Positions 1-11,442 of a stretch of 37,473 bases of DNA are shown here, piece after piece. The notes below the pieces were generated by a model, which saw only the letters and a list, made by a program, of their open reading frames with translations, did no database searches and was not told where the DNA came from. Made by a program: the position numbers and the translations under genes. The DNA is from Octopus sinensis. Taxonomy: Eukaryota. The stretch covers positions 1 through 37,473 of the forward strand of contig NW_021836812.1 in NCBI RefSeq assembly GCF_006345805.1, written 5' to 3'. Numbering within the stretch: position 1 is the first letter of the stretch; each line of letters starts with the position of its first letter.

Positions 1-657
1 ATTTTCTGGAAAGGGTTGTTGGAGGCGTGCTCTGTTTGAAGACGGCTTCATAGTCTGAGAACCAATGGCGCTTTTCTCCCAGCGTTGGAGAGATTTTAAG
101 TTCTTCTTCTTCACAGTCCTCTTTCCATAGTTTGGAGAACTTCTCTTGATCTGGGCCTTGGGTCATTTTTGCGAATTTCTTGTTGTGTATCTTCATCGGT
201 GGATTTTATTTTGTCCTCATTCGTTGGGGCCCTCAATTTCAGAAGTTCTATTTCCATTTTCATTTTTTCCAGTGCCATTCTCTCCCTGAGGTGTCTTTGT
301 GTTTCAGGTTCCTCTGTAATAGCTTTGAACTGGAATTTCCGTGGGAGGATTAACGGGGTCCGGTTGAGCCATTTTTCGTATATATCCGCTTTGTTGTTGT
401 TTTGGATCATCTTCCAAAAGGCGAACTTTCTATCACTGAGTGATTTGTTCCATTGTGGTATTATGTGGTGTTTCATTTGGTATGTTGTTGGGGTATTGAT
501 CCCATATATTGACGCGTTTGGAGGTCCTTGGTTAGCGTTGTTAGAGAAAAATGTTCTAATTGTTTCGCATAAGTTTCCAAGGTTTTCGACAATTTCGGAG
601 GTTGTATTTTTCGTATCTGTTTCCTCATTGTTCTCTCGATTGGGTTGATGTGTCGCG
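1..657 (-). mobile_element. 5' part of a retroelement ORF (probable Penelope-like element N-terminal region), running off the window start; frameshifted near 110-150
   Basis: The frame of ORF 111..476 stays open upstream to ~657 (ATHQPNRENNEETDTKNTTSEIVENLG...MKHHIIPQWNKSLSDRKFAFWK...). No catalytic motif is in view. The PLE call rests on the adjacent opposite-strand hammerhead at 720-757 and the (TA)n flank. Confidence 0.45.
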
Positions 658-719
658 TTTTAAAAAAACCTTTCTTCTAATTTTTCTAAATTTTTCTAAA
701 TTTAATTATTTAATCGTTA

Positions 720-757
720 CAGTTGAAAAGGTCTCAAAATGACCGAAACCGGTACTG
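720..757 (+). ncRNA. Minimal type I hammerhead ribozyme, U3-A8 core variant
   Basis: CAG-TTGAAAA-GGTC-tcaaaat-GACC-GAAA-CCGG-TA-CTG. Stem I is CAG/CTG, stem II is GGTC/GACC, stem III is the palindrome ACCGGT, and the cleavage triplet is GUA. Confidence 0.7.
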
Positions 758-1032
758 AAAGATTCACTATAAAATCATCTTAGCATTTTCTATTTTTGAC
801 TTGTTTTTTTCATATATCTCAACTCGTGTGTTCCTTTCCACCCTTATACATATATATATATATATATATTTATAAATAAGGATAATATCGGTATTTAAAT
901 ATCGATATTATTAAGTGGCCAGCATGGAAAAAAATACCGTACAAAGGTAATAATTTTTTTACAACTAAAAATAAGGGTGTCTGAGAGACACCACCATTCC
1001 GAAATAGCAGTCAAAACCCTGACTTTAAAAAC

Positions 1033-1137
1033 CACGTTAAATGTTCATATCGTACCATGAGATAAGACAATAATATTTTTTGCTAGTCTATTTTGTCCCT
1101 CTGTCTTATCTCATGGTACGATATGAACATTTAACGT
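1033..1137. repeat. Perfect ~36-bp inverted repeat (hairpin) with ~33-nt spacer, inside a short element (870-1140) lying between (TA)n tracts
   Basis: acgttaaatgttcatatcgtaccatgagataagaca (1033-1068) is the reverse complement of tgtcttatctcatggtacgatatgaacatttaacgt (1102-1137). Confidence 0.9.
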
Positions 1138-1150
1138 TAGTTATATGTAT

Positions 1151-1196
<46 letters not shown>

Positions 1197-1250
1197 ACGT
1201 TAAATATTTGTTGTGCAAGATTTTTTATGTGAAGTCGTGTGTTGAAACAG

Positions 1251-1747
1251 ATATTGTTATATTTCGGAATGGTCATATTGCCAGTTTAGTTAGCCAATAA
1301 AAACACACGCACTATATATTTGGTGTTATTTTGCTTCAGTGATATTTATTTTTTACATTAATCTTAATCTTATTTCGGCCAAAGTTCTTTCGTCACACTC
1401 CTGTGACCGCATCAGTGGTCCTTTGTTTTCTTCTCACTTACTTGTGTCTCTCCTTACTAACCGTCAGCCATTTTGTATTTCTATTGTATGTCTTCATTTG
1501 CGCATGCTTATATCTCTATGTGCGTCTATGTTTATTTAGTGTGTGTGTGGGGGGATGCCTGTAATATTTGTATCTTCTGGTTATATACATTCTTGTAATT
1601 TGTATTTTGTTTTTGTTGTTGTTGCTTTTGTTCTAATTTTGTTCATGTGTTTACATCCACCCATTATTATCATTACATATGCTTGTATGTATGTATAACA
1701 ACAATATTAGTAATAATAATAATAAATCTAATTGAAAAAAAAAAATA

Positions 1748-1789
<42 letters not shown>

Positions 1790-1978
1790 TATATACATAT
1801 ATATATATATACATATATACACACAATATACACATATACATACACCCATATATACACATATACCATATATAGTTATTCATTTCTATTTCTTTAATTATCT
1901 GTGCATTTATTATGTTTGCAGGATCCACTATCGTCATATGTTGTGGTGTGCGCTATTGCTCCATTCTAGTTTTCTATT
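1251..1978 (-). repeat. Inverted 5' pseudo-LTR (copy of the PLE 3' end)
   Basis: Reverse complement of 3168-3924. ORF-track entries 1339..1539(+) and 3643..3921(-) give the same peptide. Confidence 0.92.
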
Positions 1979-1981
1979 AGT

Positions 1982-3236
1982 ATCGCTGGTGATGTGGCCA
2001 ACCTCTTCATGGTATGGTGGGACAGAAGGCTTAAAGAATGCCTACTGCAGAAATCCATACTCGTAAACATGTACTCTCGCTATGTTGATGATATCAATAT
2101 AGTAGTAAAGGCACCCCCACAAGAGAGTAATGTTGATATAGTAATAGAAACTAATACTATGAGAGCATCCAGCAAATAGCTATCCATCCACCAGAGTATT
2201 AAGGTCACAATAGACTACCCCACTAAACACCCCAACCATAGACTACCAGTACTAGACACTGAACTCTGGCTAGATATTGTGAAAAATAAAACCCAAATCC
2301 TTCATTCATACTATGCAAAACCTATGGCCTCAAAATACCGATCCACCGGAACTCAGCCATTGCGGGCAATGCCAAATTCAATATTTTGATGGCAGACCTC
2401 GTCAGAATAATGAGAAATGTGTCACGCATGTGCGAGCCTACAGAATTAAAGAGACACATACAGTATTTCATTCACCGCATGCAGTTCTCAGGTTACAGCC
2501 ATAAAGAAAGGGTCAGAGTATACAAAGGAGCCATGAAGAAATTTGATAATATATTATGTAATGATAGGAATGGGATTTGCCCACTCTATAGGAACATTCA
2601 TGGAACACTATAGAAAGGACAAAAAAGAAAATAGGGAAGGCCAACTCTTGGTATGATAGCCATAAATACTAGAGTGTCATGTTCGTTGACACCACCCCTG
2701 GAGGTGAACTGGCGTACAGCTTTAGAAGGACCCTAGATAAACTTAAACTAAGAATTAAGGTTGTTGAAAAGCCAGGCAACCCTATCAGATCTATATTGGT
2801 AGAACCTATCCTTTTAGTAGAACTCTCTGTACGGATAACTATTGCACTGTATGTAGATTTAGCCCACAAACAAACTGTAAAGCCAGAAATGTGGTCTATA
2901 GTATAAGATGTATAGAGGGACGATGCCAGTAACAAGACAGTAACATACGTAGGGGAAACAGCAAGAAGCATTGGTGAGCGGGCGAATGAACATTGGAGAC
3001 AACTCAAGGAAGGTAAAAGCTCATCGATTCTGTACCAACACGCTGAACAAGAACACGGGGGATCAATCAATAGCATAGAGATTAAGATATTGTCCACACA
3101 TAGAACAGATGCAACAATTAGACAAATTACAGAAGCTACACATATAATAGAAAATAAACCTAGCCTGAATAGAAAACTAGAATGGAGCATAGCGCACACC
3201 ACAACATATGACGATATAGTGATCCTGCAAACATAA
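1982..3236 (+). pseudogene. Penelope-like reverse transcriptase C-terminal half plus GIY-YIG endonuclease, with several frameshifts
   Basis: ANLFM...YSRYVDDI (YVDD at 2081-2092), LPVLD, YYAKPMAS, MQFSGYS, a Cys-rich linker, NVVY (2891), YVGETARSIGERANEH (2946) and RQITEATHIIENKPSLN, spread over different frames. Confidence 0.9.
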
Positions 3237-3362
3237 TAAATGCACAGATAATTAAAGAAATAGAAATGAATAACTATATATATGTATATGTGTATATAGG
3301 GTGTGTATGATATGTGTATATGTGTGTGTATATATGTATATATATATTATGTATATATACAA

Positions 3363-3403
<41 letters not shown>

Positions 3404-3404
3404 T

Positions 3405-3438
<34 letters not shown>

Positions 3439-3924
3439 CTCTTTTTTCAATTAGATTTATTATTATTATTACGAATATTGTTGTTATACATACATACAAG
3501 CATATGTAATGATAATAATGGGTGGATGTAAACACATGAACAAAATTAGAACAAAAGCAACAACAACAAAAACAAAATACAAATTACAAGAATGTATATA
3601 ACCAGAAGATACAAAATTACAGGCATCCCCCCCACACACACACTAAATAAACATAGACGCACATAGAGATATAAGCATGCGCAAATGAAGACATACAATA
3701 GAAATACAAAATGGCTGACGGTTAGTAAGGAGAGACACAAGTAAGTGAGAAGAAAACAAAGGACCACTGATGCGGTCACAGGAGTGTGACGAAAGAACTT
3801 TGGCCGAAATAAGATTAAGATTAATGTAAAAAATAAATATCACTGAAGCAAATAACACCAAATATATAGTGCGTGTGTTTTTATTGGCTAACTGGCAATA
3901 TGACCATTCCGAATATAACAATAT
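3168..3924 (+). repeat. 3' pseudo-LTR of the PLE (ORF end + 3' UTR with internal TA/TG microsatellite)
   Basis: Partner arm of 1251-1978. Confidence 0.9.
3761..3805 (+). ncRNA. Hammerhead-like motif in the PLE pseudo-LTR (variant core); inverted copy at 1377-1421
   Basis: GGACCA-CTGATGCG-GTCACA-ggag-TGTGAC-GAAA-GAAC-TT-TGGCC. Stem II is a perfect 6 bp and stem I is CCA/TGG, but the core departs from CUGANGA. Confidence 0.55.
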
Positions 3925-4124
3925 ATATATATATATAATATATATATATATATAATATATATATATATATTATATATATATATATATAATACATATATAT
4001 ATACGACGTTTAAAGAACGATTTTCTTAAAAAGTATTTTGAAAAACAAGATGTAATTTGCAAACGTTAATATGCATGTACTCAGTTTAAATGTTTGATTG
4101 TTCTATATGTACACTTTGGCATAA

Positions 4125-4329
4125 GGCGAAGAGCTGACAAAATCGTTACAGCACCGGTCAAAATGCTTAGCAGCATTTCTTCTGGATTTACGCTGTCAGT
4201 TCAAATGAGGCCGAGGTTCACTTAGCCTTTTATTCTTCCGGGTGCATTAAATTAAGCACCAGTCAAGTAATGGTGTCCATGTAACTGACTAACACGACCC
4301 CCATATTTCAAGCCTTATTCTATATTACA
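4125..4329 (+). mobile_element. Old, diverged tRNA-derived SINE (family B-related) with target-site duplication
   Basis: Aligns by eye to the head and core of 14512-14720. Flanking direct repeat atgta(c/t)actttggcataa at 4107-4124 and 4330-4347. Confidence 0.75.
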
Positions 4330-4679
4330 ATGTATACTTTGGCATAAAAAAAAACGCGAATACATACATGACCCTTAAGGATACTTTTATCTACGGCGAT
4401 ATACACACTTTGCTTGCCCAGTCTATTTATTCACAGCCTATTCATATCTTCATCTTTATTTATTTTTTGTTTCCTCTCTCACACACACACATACACACAC
4501 ATACACACACACACATACACACACACACAAAGGTATGTATACATAAATAGATAGATGTGTGTGTGTATGTATATGTATGTGTGTATATGTGCGTGTAAGT
4601 GTATTCGAAGAGCCAAAGTAAAGTAAACACCATTATCAAGCAAGAATTCCGATACTGACGCCATATATGTCTGTATGTA

Positions 4680-4772
4680 TGTATATATACTACATATAAT
4701 AAATACAATATATATATATATATATTATATATATATATAATATATATATATATATATTATATATATATATAC

Positions 4773-4860
<88 letters not shown>

Positions 4861-5059
4861 TATTAAGGTATGTAGAAAAATACAACATGGACAAGAACGT
4901 ATAACTCTTAGAAGACGACACAACAACACGGACAGGACATTCGAAACCCTCAGTCTTCAGTCAAGAACCGGATCATCGTAGTAATTTCGGCTGATATATA
5001 TATATACGTATGTACACATAAGTATGTATATATATATATATGTATATGTACACATATAT

Positions 5060-5090
<31 letters not shown>

Positions 5091-5134
5091 CACATACATA
5101 CATACATACATACATACATACATACATACATACA

Positions 5135-5164
<30 letters not shown>
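4680..5164. repeat. Compound (TA)n / (TACA)n microsatellite, interrupted by a ~135-bp higher-complexity insert (4864-4998)
   Basis: Direct reading. Confidence 0.9.
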
Positions 5165-5167
<3 letters not shown>

Positions 5168-5571
5168 CTATGTACTTTATGCGTGCATGTTTGCATGTTT
5201 CAACGCAAATAATGTTTGTTGTGGAAAAGGAAAGGTTTTTAGGAAATAGGGAAAGAGAGGGCGGCTGATAGACAAAGAAATTAAATAGAGAAAACTAAAG
5301 AAAAACATTTGAGAGAGAGAGGGGGGAGAGAGGCGGGAGAGAGAGGCGGTGTGAGAGAGAGTGGTGGGAGATTGGACTGACAGACAGAGAAAAAAGGAGA
5401 GGGTGTGAAGTATCATTATATAAGTGAGATGTAATACTTTATGATATTTCAAGTTAATAAATGTCTAGAGGAAACTTAAAATTGTTGGAGAAATTAAAAT
5501 TAATTATATTCTTAATTAACTAAATTCAGAATATTAATTGGACAACAGTGTCAAAATACGATGGAAAATTA

Positions 5572-5785
5572 GTTGCTGTTTAGTCCCAGGTTGACCCTGA
5601 TCTCACAGATCTACCGCGAAAAACATTCCAGCCATACCAGTCCCGCCTGATATAGTGTAGCCCTACTACTACCCCTACTACCGCCGCTTTACCTATTCTG
5701 CTTCTTTGTAAACCAAAAAGGTATGATTTGAGAGGAATTTGGCTGTTATTTCTCACAGACTGAACCATCACAGAAAAGCATCATC
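5572..5785 (+). mobile_element. Diverged dispersed repeat, unclassified; related copies at ~15975-16170(+), ~21970-22040(+), ~6165-6250(-)
   Basis: Shared motif: gatttgagaggaatttggctgttatttct (5725), cagggagatttggcagttatttct (16125), aatttggaagaaacgtagctattatttct (21980). Confidence 0.5.
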
Positions 5786-6300
5786 TGAAGAATTTGTTTA
5801 AAAACTCGCAAATATTCTTGTTAAAGTTGATTATTTTTCCAGTTTAAGGTTGGTTTCTGGAATATTCCATGAAATAATCTGTCATTATAACATTATGACA
5901 TCTTGTAAATGCATCTAAGCAGAAATTTGGAGCTAGAGTTTGGGGGGAGGGTTCTTCCTTTTTTTAACGTGGTGTTAGGTTTCTTTAAATTTTGTTGAAA
6001 ATGTTTTGTTAATTTGAATTTTACTGTGAAAACAAATCTTAATTACTGGTTGTACTCATTCCGTTTCTTTTAAAACCTTAATGGTTGGTGGGAAAATATT
6101 CATCAACCACTGCTCTGTAAATTTTGGGACTTTCCAGACACCACGTGACCCTCCACATGATTCCCATGACCGTGAAGAAATAACATCGAAACCTCCTTCG
6201 GATCACATCACACTCCTTTAGAAAAACGGACACATTAGACTATGTTGCCCCGAGCGGTCAAGACAGATGCATTGTTGATCGTATAGTGTATTTGTACATA

Positions 6301-6500
6301 GGCGCAGGAATGGCTGTTTGGTAAGAAGCTTGCTTCCCAACCACATGGTTCCGGGTTCAGTCCCACAGCCTGGCACCTTGGACTAGTATCTTCTACTATA
6401 GCCTCGGGCCGACCGAAGCCTTGTGAGCGGATTTGGTAGACGGAAACTGGAAGAAGCCCGTCGTATATATGTATATGTGTGTGTGTGTGTGTGTGTGTAT
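6301..6500 (+). mobile_element. tRNA-derived SINE family A, 5' half (Pol III head to internal TA/TG microsatellite)
   Basis: A-box-like TGGCTGTTTGG and B-box-like GGTTCAGTCCC. The body gccttgtgagcggatttggtagacggaaactggaagaagcccg matches the reverse complement of 13783-13850. Confidence 0.85.
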
Positions 6501-6638
6501 GATTGCATAGGCGTGTGGCCAGCCACAGCTGGGCGATTCACGACAATTATGAACAAGGTTGTTACTCAGAGTAGGCTGTCAATTTTCATGAAATAAATAG
6601 CCATCTGCCTCACCCGGAGTATTAAGCTAACTCACATA

Positions 6639-7193
6639 CAAGGGTGAGTCAAAACGTAATGCCATTTTGTTTAGGACAGGTATAATTATCAACACAGGAA
6701 CATGTATCATACATCAAAATGAAGCTGGTCCTCTGTGGATCACATCCCTACTTCTCAACATAGTCACCGTTACTCTCAATAGCAATGTTCCCCCTTCGAA
6801 TGAGAGCATGTGTTCCTGTCTCGTAAAATTCTGTTGACTGTTCTTTGAGCCACTTCTTTACTACCTCCTCACTCACCAGATTTAGCGCCTTCAGACTATA
6901 ATCTCTTCGGCTCCGTGAAAGAAGGTTTGAGTGGCAAACATTATTCCAGTGACGAGGAAATGAAAACTGTAGTGAAGAAGTGGCCCAAAGAACAGTCAAC
7001 ATAATTTTACGGGGCAGAGATACATGCTCTTATTCGAAGATGGAACATTGCTATTGAGAGAAACGGTGACTAGTTGAGAAGTAAGGATGTGATCCACAGA
7101 GGACCAGCTTCATTTTGATGTATGATACATGTTTCTGTGTTGGTTTTTAGACCTGTCCTAAACAAAATGGCATTACTTTTTGACTCACCCTCG
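6639..7193 (+). mobile_element. Non-autonomous mariner derivative with ~225-bp inverted arms and TA target duplication
   Basis: TA|caagggtgagtcaaaa ... ttttgactcaccctcg|TA. 6864-7084(+) reads PPHSPDLAPSDYNLFGSVKEGLSGKHYSSDEEMKTVVKKW...ALIRRWNIAIERNGD, which contains the mariner YSPDLAPxDY motif. 6639-6863 is an inverted copy of 6969-7193. Confidence 0.9.
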
Positions 7194-7262
7194 TATAATG
7201 TTTTAATTATGTAAAATATATTATTGATATATTTTAGTAATTGTTACATTACTAAATGCACG

Positions 7263-7263
7263 G

Positions 7264-7301
<38 letters not shown>

Positions 7302-7382
7302 ATGCGCGTGCGCGTGTGTGTGCGCGTGTGTATGCGCGTGCGCTTGTGTATGCGCGTGCGCGTGTGTATGCGCGTGCGTGCA
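7263..7382. repeat. Alternating purine-pyrimidine tract: (GT)n followed by ~18-bp gtgtgtatgcgcgtgcgc units
   Basis: Direct reading. Confidence 0.9.
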
Positions 7383-8000
7383 AACATGCCTGCTGGTATT
7401 TTTATACGTATATATCCGCTTGTACACGTATATTTCGTTTCAGTGTAATTCCTAACAAATATATTTTTGTAAATGAAAACCTTTGACATGAATACATGCC
7501 TACTATCCTCAGCTCTGTTCATTCTATGACGCATTCATACCTGAATTCTATTGACGATTTCAATAATCTTTTCTTCTTATGTCTGTCCTATAATTCTTTA
7601 CTATTTCATTCTTCTAATTTTCTTCTTTCTTTCCTTCTTGCTTTAAACTAACTGATGTATTCACACACTTTACTCTATACTTTGTCACCAATTATAACCA
7701 ATTGTCTTGCTACCTCCACCTACAATAAACAATATACGCCAATAGCCAGTCTTTTCTTGTCTTTTATTAAATACCATCAAAACAGAAGCACTTATAGTTT
7801 TGCTATATTCAACAAACCTCTGACTCCACACATTCGTACATTGTTAAACATATATGCATTGTTAAACGTCTTTCTTCCTAAGTCAGATATTGTTTAATAC
7901 ACGCAGTAAATCTATTTATTTAATCACTTATACACTTGATCACTTTATTTGGAAAAAGCGATAGAAAGACTACAGTGAAATTACAGTAAGGAGTGGATTA

Positions 8001-8034
8001 TTCAACGCTTCGGACAGAGTCCTTCTTCGGGATA
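8001..8034 (-). ncRNA. Degenerate minimal hammerhead motif
   Basis: Minus strand: TC-CCGAAGA-A-GGAC-tct-GTCC-GAAG-CGTT-GA. It has two core substitutions and the same layout as the 18040 motif. Confidence 0.4.
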
Positions 8035-8110
8035 AAATTGACAGGAGAGAATTATAATAGCAGAAGTCTTCCTGGCGCATACGACCACCAACCTACATGA
8101 ATTCTGTTTT

Positions 8111-8340
<230 letters not shown>

Positions 8341-8341
<1 letters not shown>

Positions 8342-8510
8342 AGTTTCTTTATTGGCCACACAGGGCTGCACACAGATTGGACAAGTTACAAGGTAGAGCT
8401 TTTCTTTTGAGGGATGAAAAAAAACAAAAAACAAAAGAAAAAAAAGAAAAAAAGAAGGGGTGGCGTAGGTTTTCGATCAAGAGGGATCGTAAAAGGGAAG
8501 AAAAGAACAA
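8341..8510 (-). mobile_element. Probable 3' end of a non-LTR element embedded in (GATA)n
   Basis: GATA repeats lie on both sides (8111-8341, 8511-8528). The minus strand ends ttgtccaatctgtgtgcagccctgtgtggccaataaagaaac, similar to the SINE family B tail. Confidence 0.55.
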
Positions 8511-8797
8511 GATAGATAGATAGACAGATGTGTGGGGTGGGTGCATTGATAACAGCTATAGAGCTAGAAACATCGATGCTTGGGAATCCGGATAGATGGC
8601 GACACTGGACAGATGTGGTGTTTTTTACACCTTTTTTAACAAAAAAGAGAATGTTCCTCTACGGAGGCTGCAGTGACTATGCCTTTGAGCAGCTGAAATA
8701 TGTCGCAAGCATAGTTTAACTAACTTAAAGTTCGCTTATGCCTAAACAATGCTTCGTGTTAATATAAAAGTAATGTGTGTGTGTGTGTGTGTGTGTG

Positions 8798-8833
<36 letters not shown>

Positions 8834-9360
8834 ATGAGTAGGTATGTAGGTATATGTGTGTATATGTTTGTATGTATGTATCTATGTGACTATGTATCTA
8901 TGTATATGTACTTTATATACAAAACTACCATTGTTTTCCTGCCGAGAATTCTCTGCAATTATCAAGCCTGCCACCGATAAATTAACTGCTGCTAATTATA
9001 GCTGCAGGCTAGTTCTTCTCGGGTTCCAACGCGCCAAAGTAAAGGCATTTGAAAGATATATTCAAATGTAATAGGCTGAACTCCATGCACGCGATATTCG
9101 GTATCGTGTTTGCATCTAGTCCAACAAATTACATTTATAACGGACCATGCTGATGATGCTGCAGTTTTCCTTGCGGAAAATAACAGCTGAAACTAATTTA
9201 GTACATGGGTAATTATTTTATTTCGTATATTTTTCACTTGTTTATTGCTATGGTTTTGTGTTGAGTTTGATCTGAGAACATAATCTTTTGTGGTGAATGG
9301 CGATTTGACGTCTATATCTAGCATGTTGACTGTCCACTTTTCGTGTTCAGTCCTTAATTG

Positions 9361-9646
9361 GTATATATATATATACATATATATATATTATATGTATGTA
9401 TGTATGTATGCATGTATGTATGTATGTATGTATGTATGTATGTATGTATGTATGTATGTATGTATATATGTATGTGTGTATGTATGTATATATATGTATG
9501 CATGTATGTATGTATGTATGTATGTATGTATGCATGCATGTATGTATGTATGTATGTATGTATGTATGTATGTATGTATGTGTGTATGCATGTATGTATG
9601 TATGTATGTATGTATGTATGTATGTATGTATGTATGTATGTATGTA
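9361..9646. repeat. (TA)n-(TATG)n microsatellite
   Basis: Direct reading. Confidence 0.97.
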
Positions 9647-10016
9647 CGTACGTACATCTGTCAACGCTGCTAAACAAAACTAAAAACAAAATTATGTAAG
9701 ATATGAATTGTTTATTGTTTTAATAATCTGAGACATGAGTATTTTGGAACACTGATCGCATCAATCATAAGACTATTTATCGAAAGTCATGTTCTAATAG
9801 CATTTTCTAAAGGATCTTATGCAGAGCCATTACCAACGCGTAACATTAGGTGCCCAGTTTTGGAGGCCAGGAATCTCTGCCAAATTGTTTTGAGTGAAAA
9901 TTGAATAACCCCAATGAATGCCAATACAAACAAACTTCAGACGTTCATTAATCAGTCACGTGAGGATCACGAATGAAAAGCTCGGAGTAGTCACTCGCAC
10001 ACACTCGGACTTAAAT

Positions 10017-10247
10017 TCTTTTATGCTTTTATTTGTTTCAGTCGTTTTGACTGCGGCCATGCTGGAGCACCACCTTTACTCGAACAAATCGATTCTAGGA
10101 CTTATTCTTTGTAAGCCTAGTACTTATCCCATCGGTCTCTTTCACCGAATCGCTAAGTTACGGGAACGTAAACACACCAATATCGGTTGTTAAGCGATGG
10201 TAGAGGGCCAAACACAGATACACAAATACCACACACACACACACACA

Positions 10248-10304
<57 letters not shown>

Positions 10305-10330
10305 GACGGGTTCTTTAACGACGGGCTTCT
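10017..10330 (-). mobile_element. SINE family A, 3' half
   Basis: Matches 13526-13790 (tttgtttcagtc..tttgactgcggcca..tggagc; cttatt..ttgtaagcctagtacttat). The motif tacgacgggcttct joins it to the 6301 copy. Confidence 0.85.
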
Positions 10331-10349
10331 AGTAACGGAAGCAAATATA

Positions 10350-10387
<38 letters not shown>

Positions 10388-11026
10388 AGAGAGAGGGGAA
10401 TACAGAGGGGGGACAGAGGGAAAGACGAGGGACAGAAGGAGAGGGAAAGGGGAGAGATGGGGAGGTTAGTGAGAGACGTACATACACACACACACATACA
10501 CACGCACACACACACAGACACTACACAAGCGCCCGTAATGTGTGTGTGTTGTGTGTGTGTGTGTGTGTGTGTTTGTATGTGTGTGTGTGTGTTGTGTGTG
10601 TCTATGGTTCGTTTAACATGGTAATTCGGTTTTATTGCTCATTATGACGCCTAAAGAATGAAAATTCGGCAATAAATTAGCTAAATGTTTGCTGTGACAA
10701 ATGTTTCACGAAAACAATCCAAATTTTGGCAAATTCATTACAATACGGGTGTTTGTGGGTGTTATAAGTTAATTAGAGAGCTTAATAATATATTAATCTC
10801 TTGCTGGCATAAAATATTTATCAAGTCTGAAGGGTTTTACTTAATCTTTGCCCCTGCAGAATTATAAAAGCCATCAGGAATGTCATAACCAGACGTTTTA
10901 CAGTTTTCCTATTTCCACATAACGTGTTTTTTTTTTTCATTCCTTTTTTTGCATTTTCCCCATTTCTGAGTGAAATGACATATTTTGTTTCTTGCCATAT
11001 CAATGTATGTGTGTGTTTGTGTGTTT

Positions 11027-11354
11027 AGATGGATGGATGGGTGGATGGGTGGGTGGAAGGGTGGATAGATGGATGGATGGATGGGTGGATGGGTGGATGG
11101 ATGGATGAGTGGGTGGATGGATGGTTGGATGGATGGATGGGTGGGTGGGTGGAAGGGTGGATGGATGGATGGGTGGATGGGTGGATGGATGGATAGATGG
11201 ATGGATGGATGGATGATGGATGGATGGATAGATGGATGGATGGGTGGATGGGTGGATGGATGGATGGATGATGGATGGATGATGGATGGATGATGGGTGG
11301 ATGGATGGATAGGTGGATAAATGAATTGTGTGGTTGGGTGGATGGATGGATGGT

Positions 11355-11388
<34 letters not shown>

Positions 11389-11442
11389 AATGGATGGATG
11401 GATGGATGGATGGATGGATGGATGGGTGAATAGGTGGATGGA
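11027..11442. repeat. (GGAT/GGGT)n microsatellite
   Basis: Direct reading. Confidence 0.97.

Larger units (their letters stand above)
1195..3924 (+). mobile_element. 5'-truncated Penelope-like retroelement with inverted pseudo-LTRs, inserted in (TA)n
   Basis: RT plus GIY-YIG remnant at 1982-3236. 1251-1978 is a near-identical reverse complement of 3168-3924. (TA)n tracts lie at 1155-1192 and 3922-4002. Confidence 0.9.

Noticed and set aside
169-648. 159-aa plus-strand ORF
   Set aside because: Antisense shadow of the minus-strand retroelement ORF; no motif.
2669-3202. 177-aa minus-strand ORF
   Set aside because: Antisense to the GIY-YIG region of the PLE.
4864-4998. Possible hammerhead on the minus strand (CTGAAGA-ctgagggtttc-GAAT-GTC) and a tatatcagccgaaa match to the 18040 motif
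   Set aside because: Stem II is weak and GAAA is absent. Probably a repeat fragment, but a ribozyme cannot be supported.
6301-6375. tRNA gene
   Set aside because: A and B boxes are present but there is no complete cloverleaf, and it continues into a SINE body.
9290-9699. ORFs of [24 protein letters not shown] or poly-I/L/N type, here and throughout the window
   Set aside because: These are translations of stop-free microsatellites, not genes.
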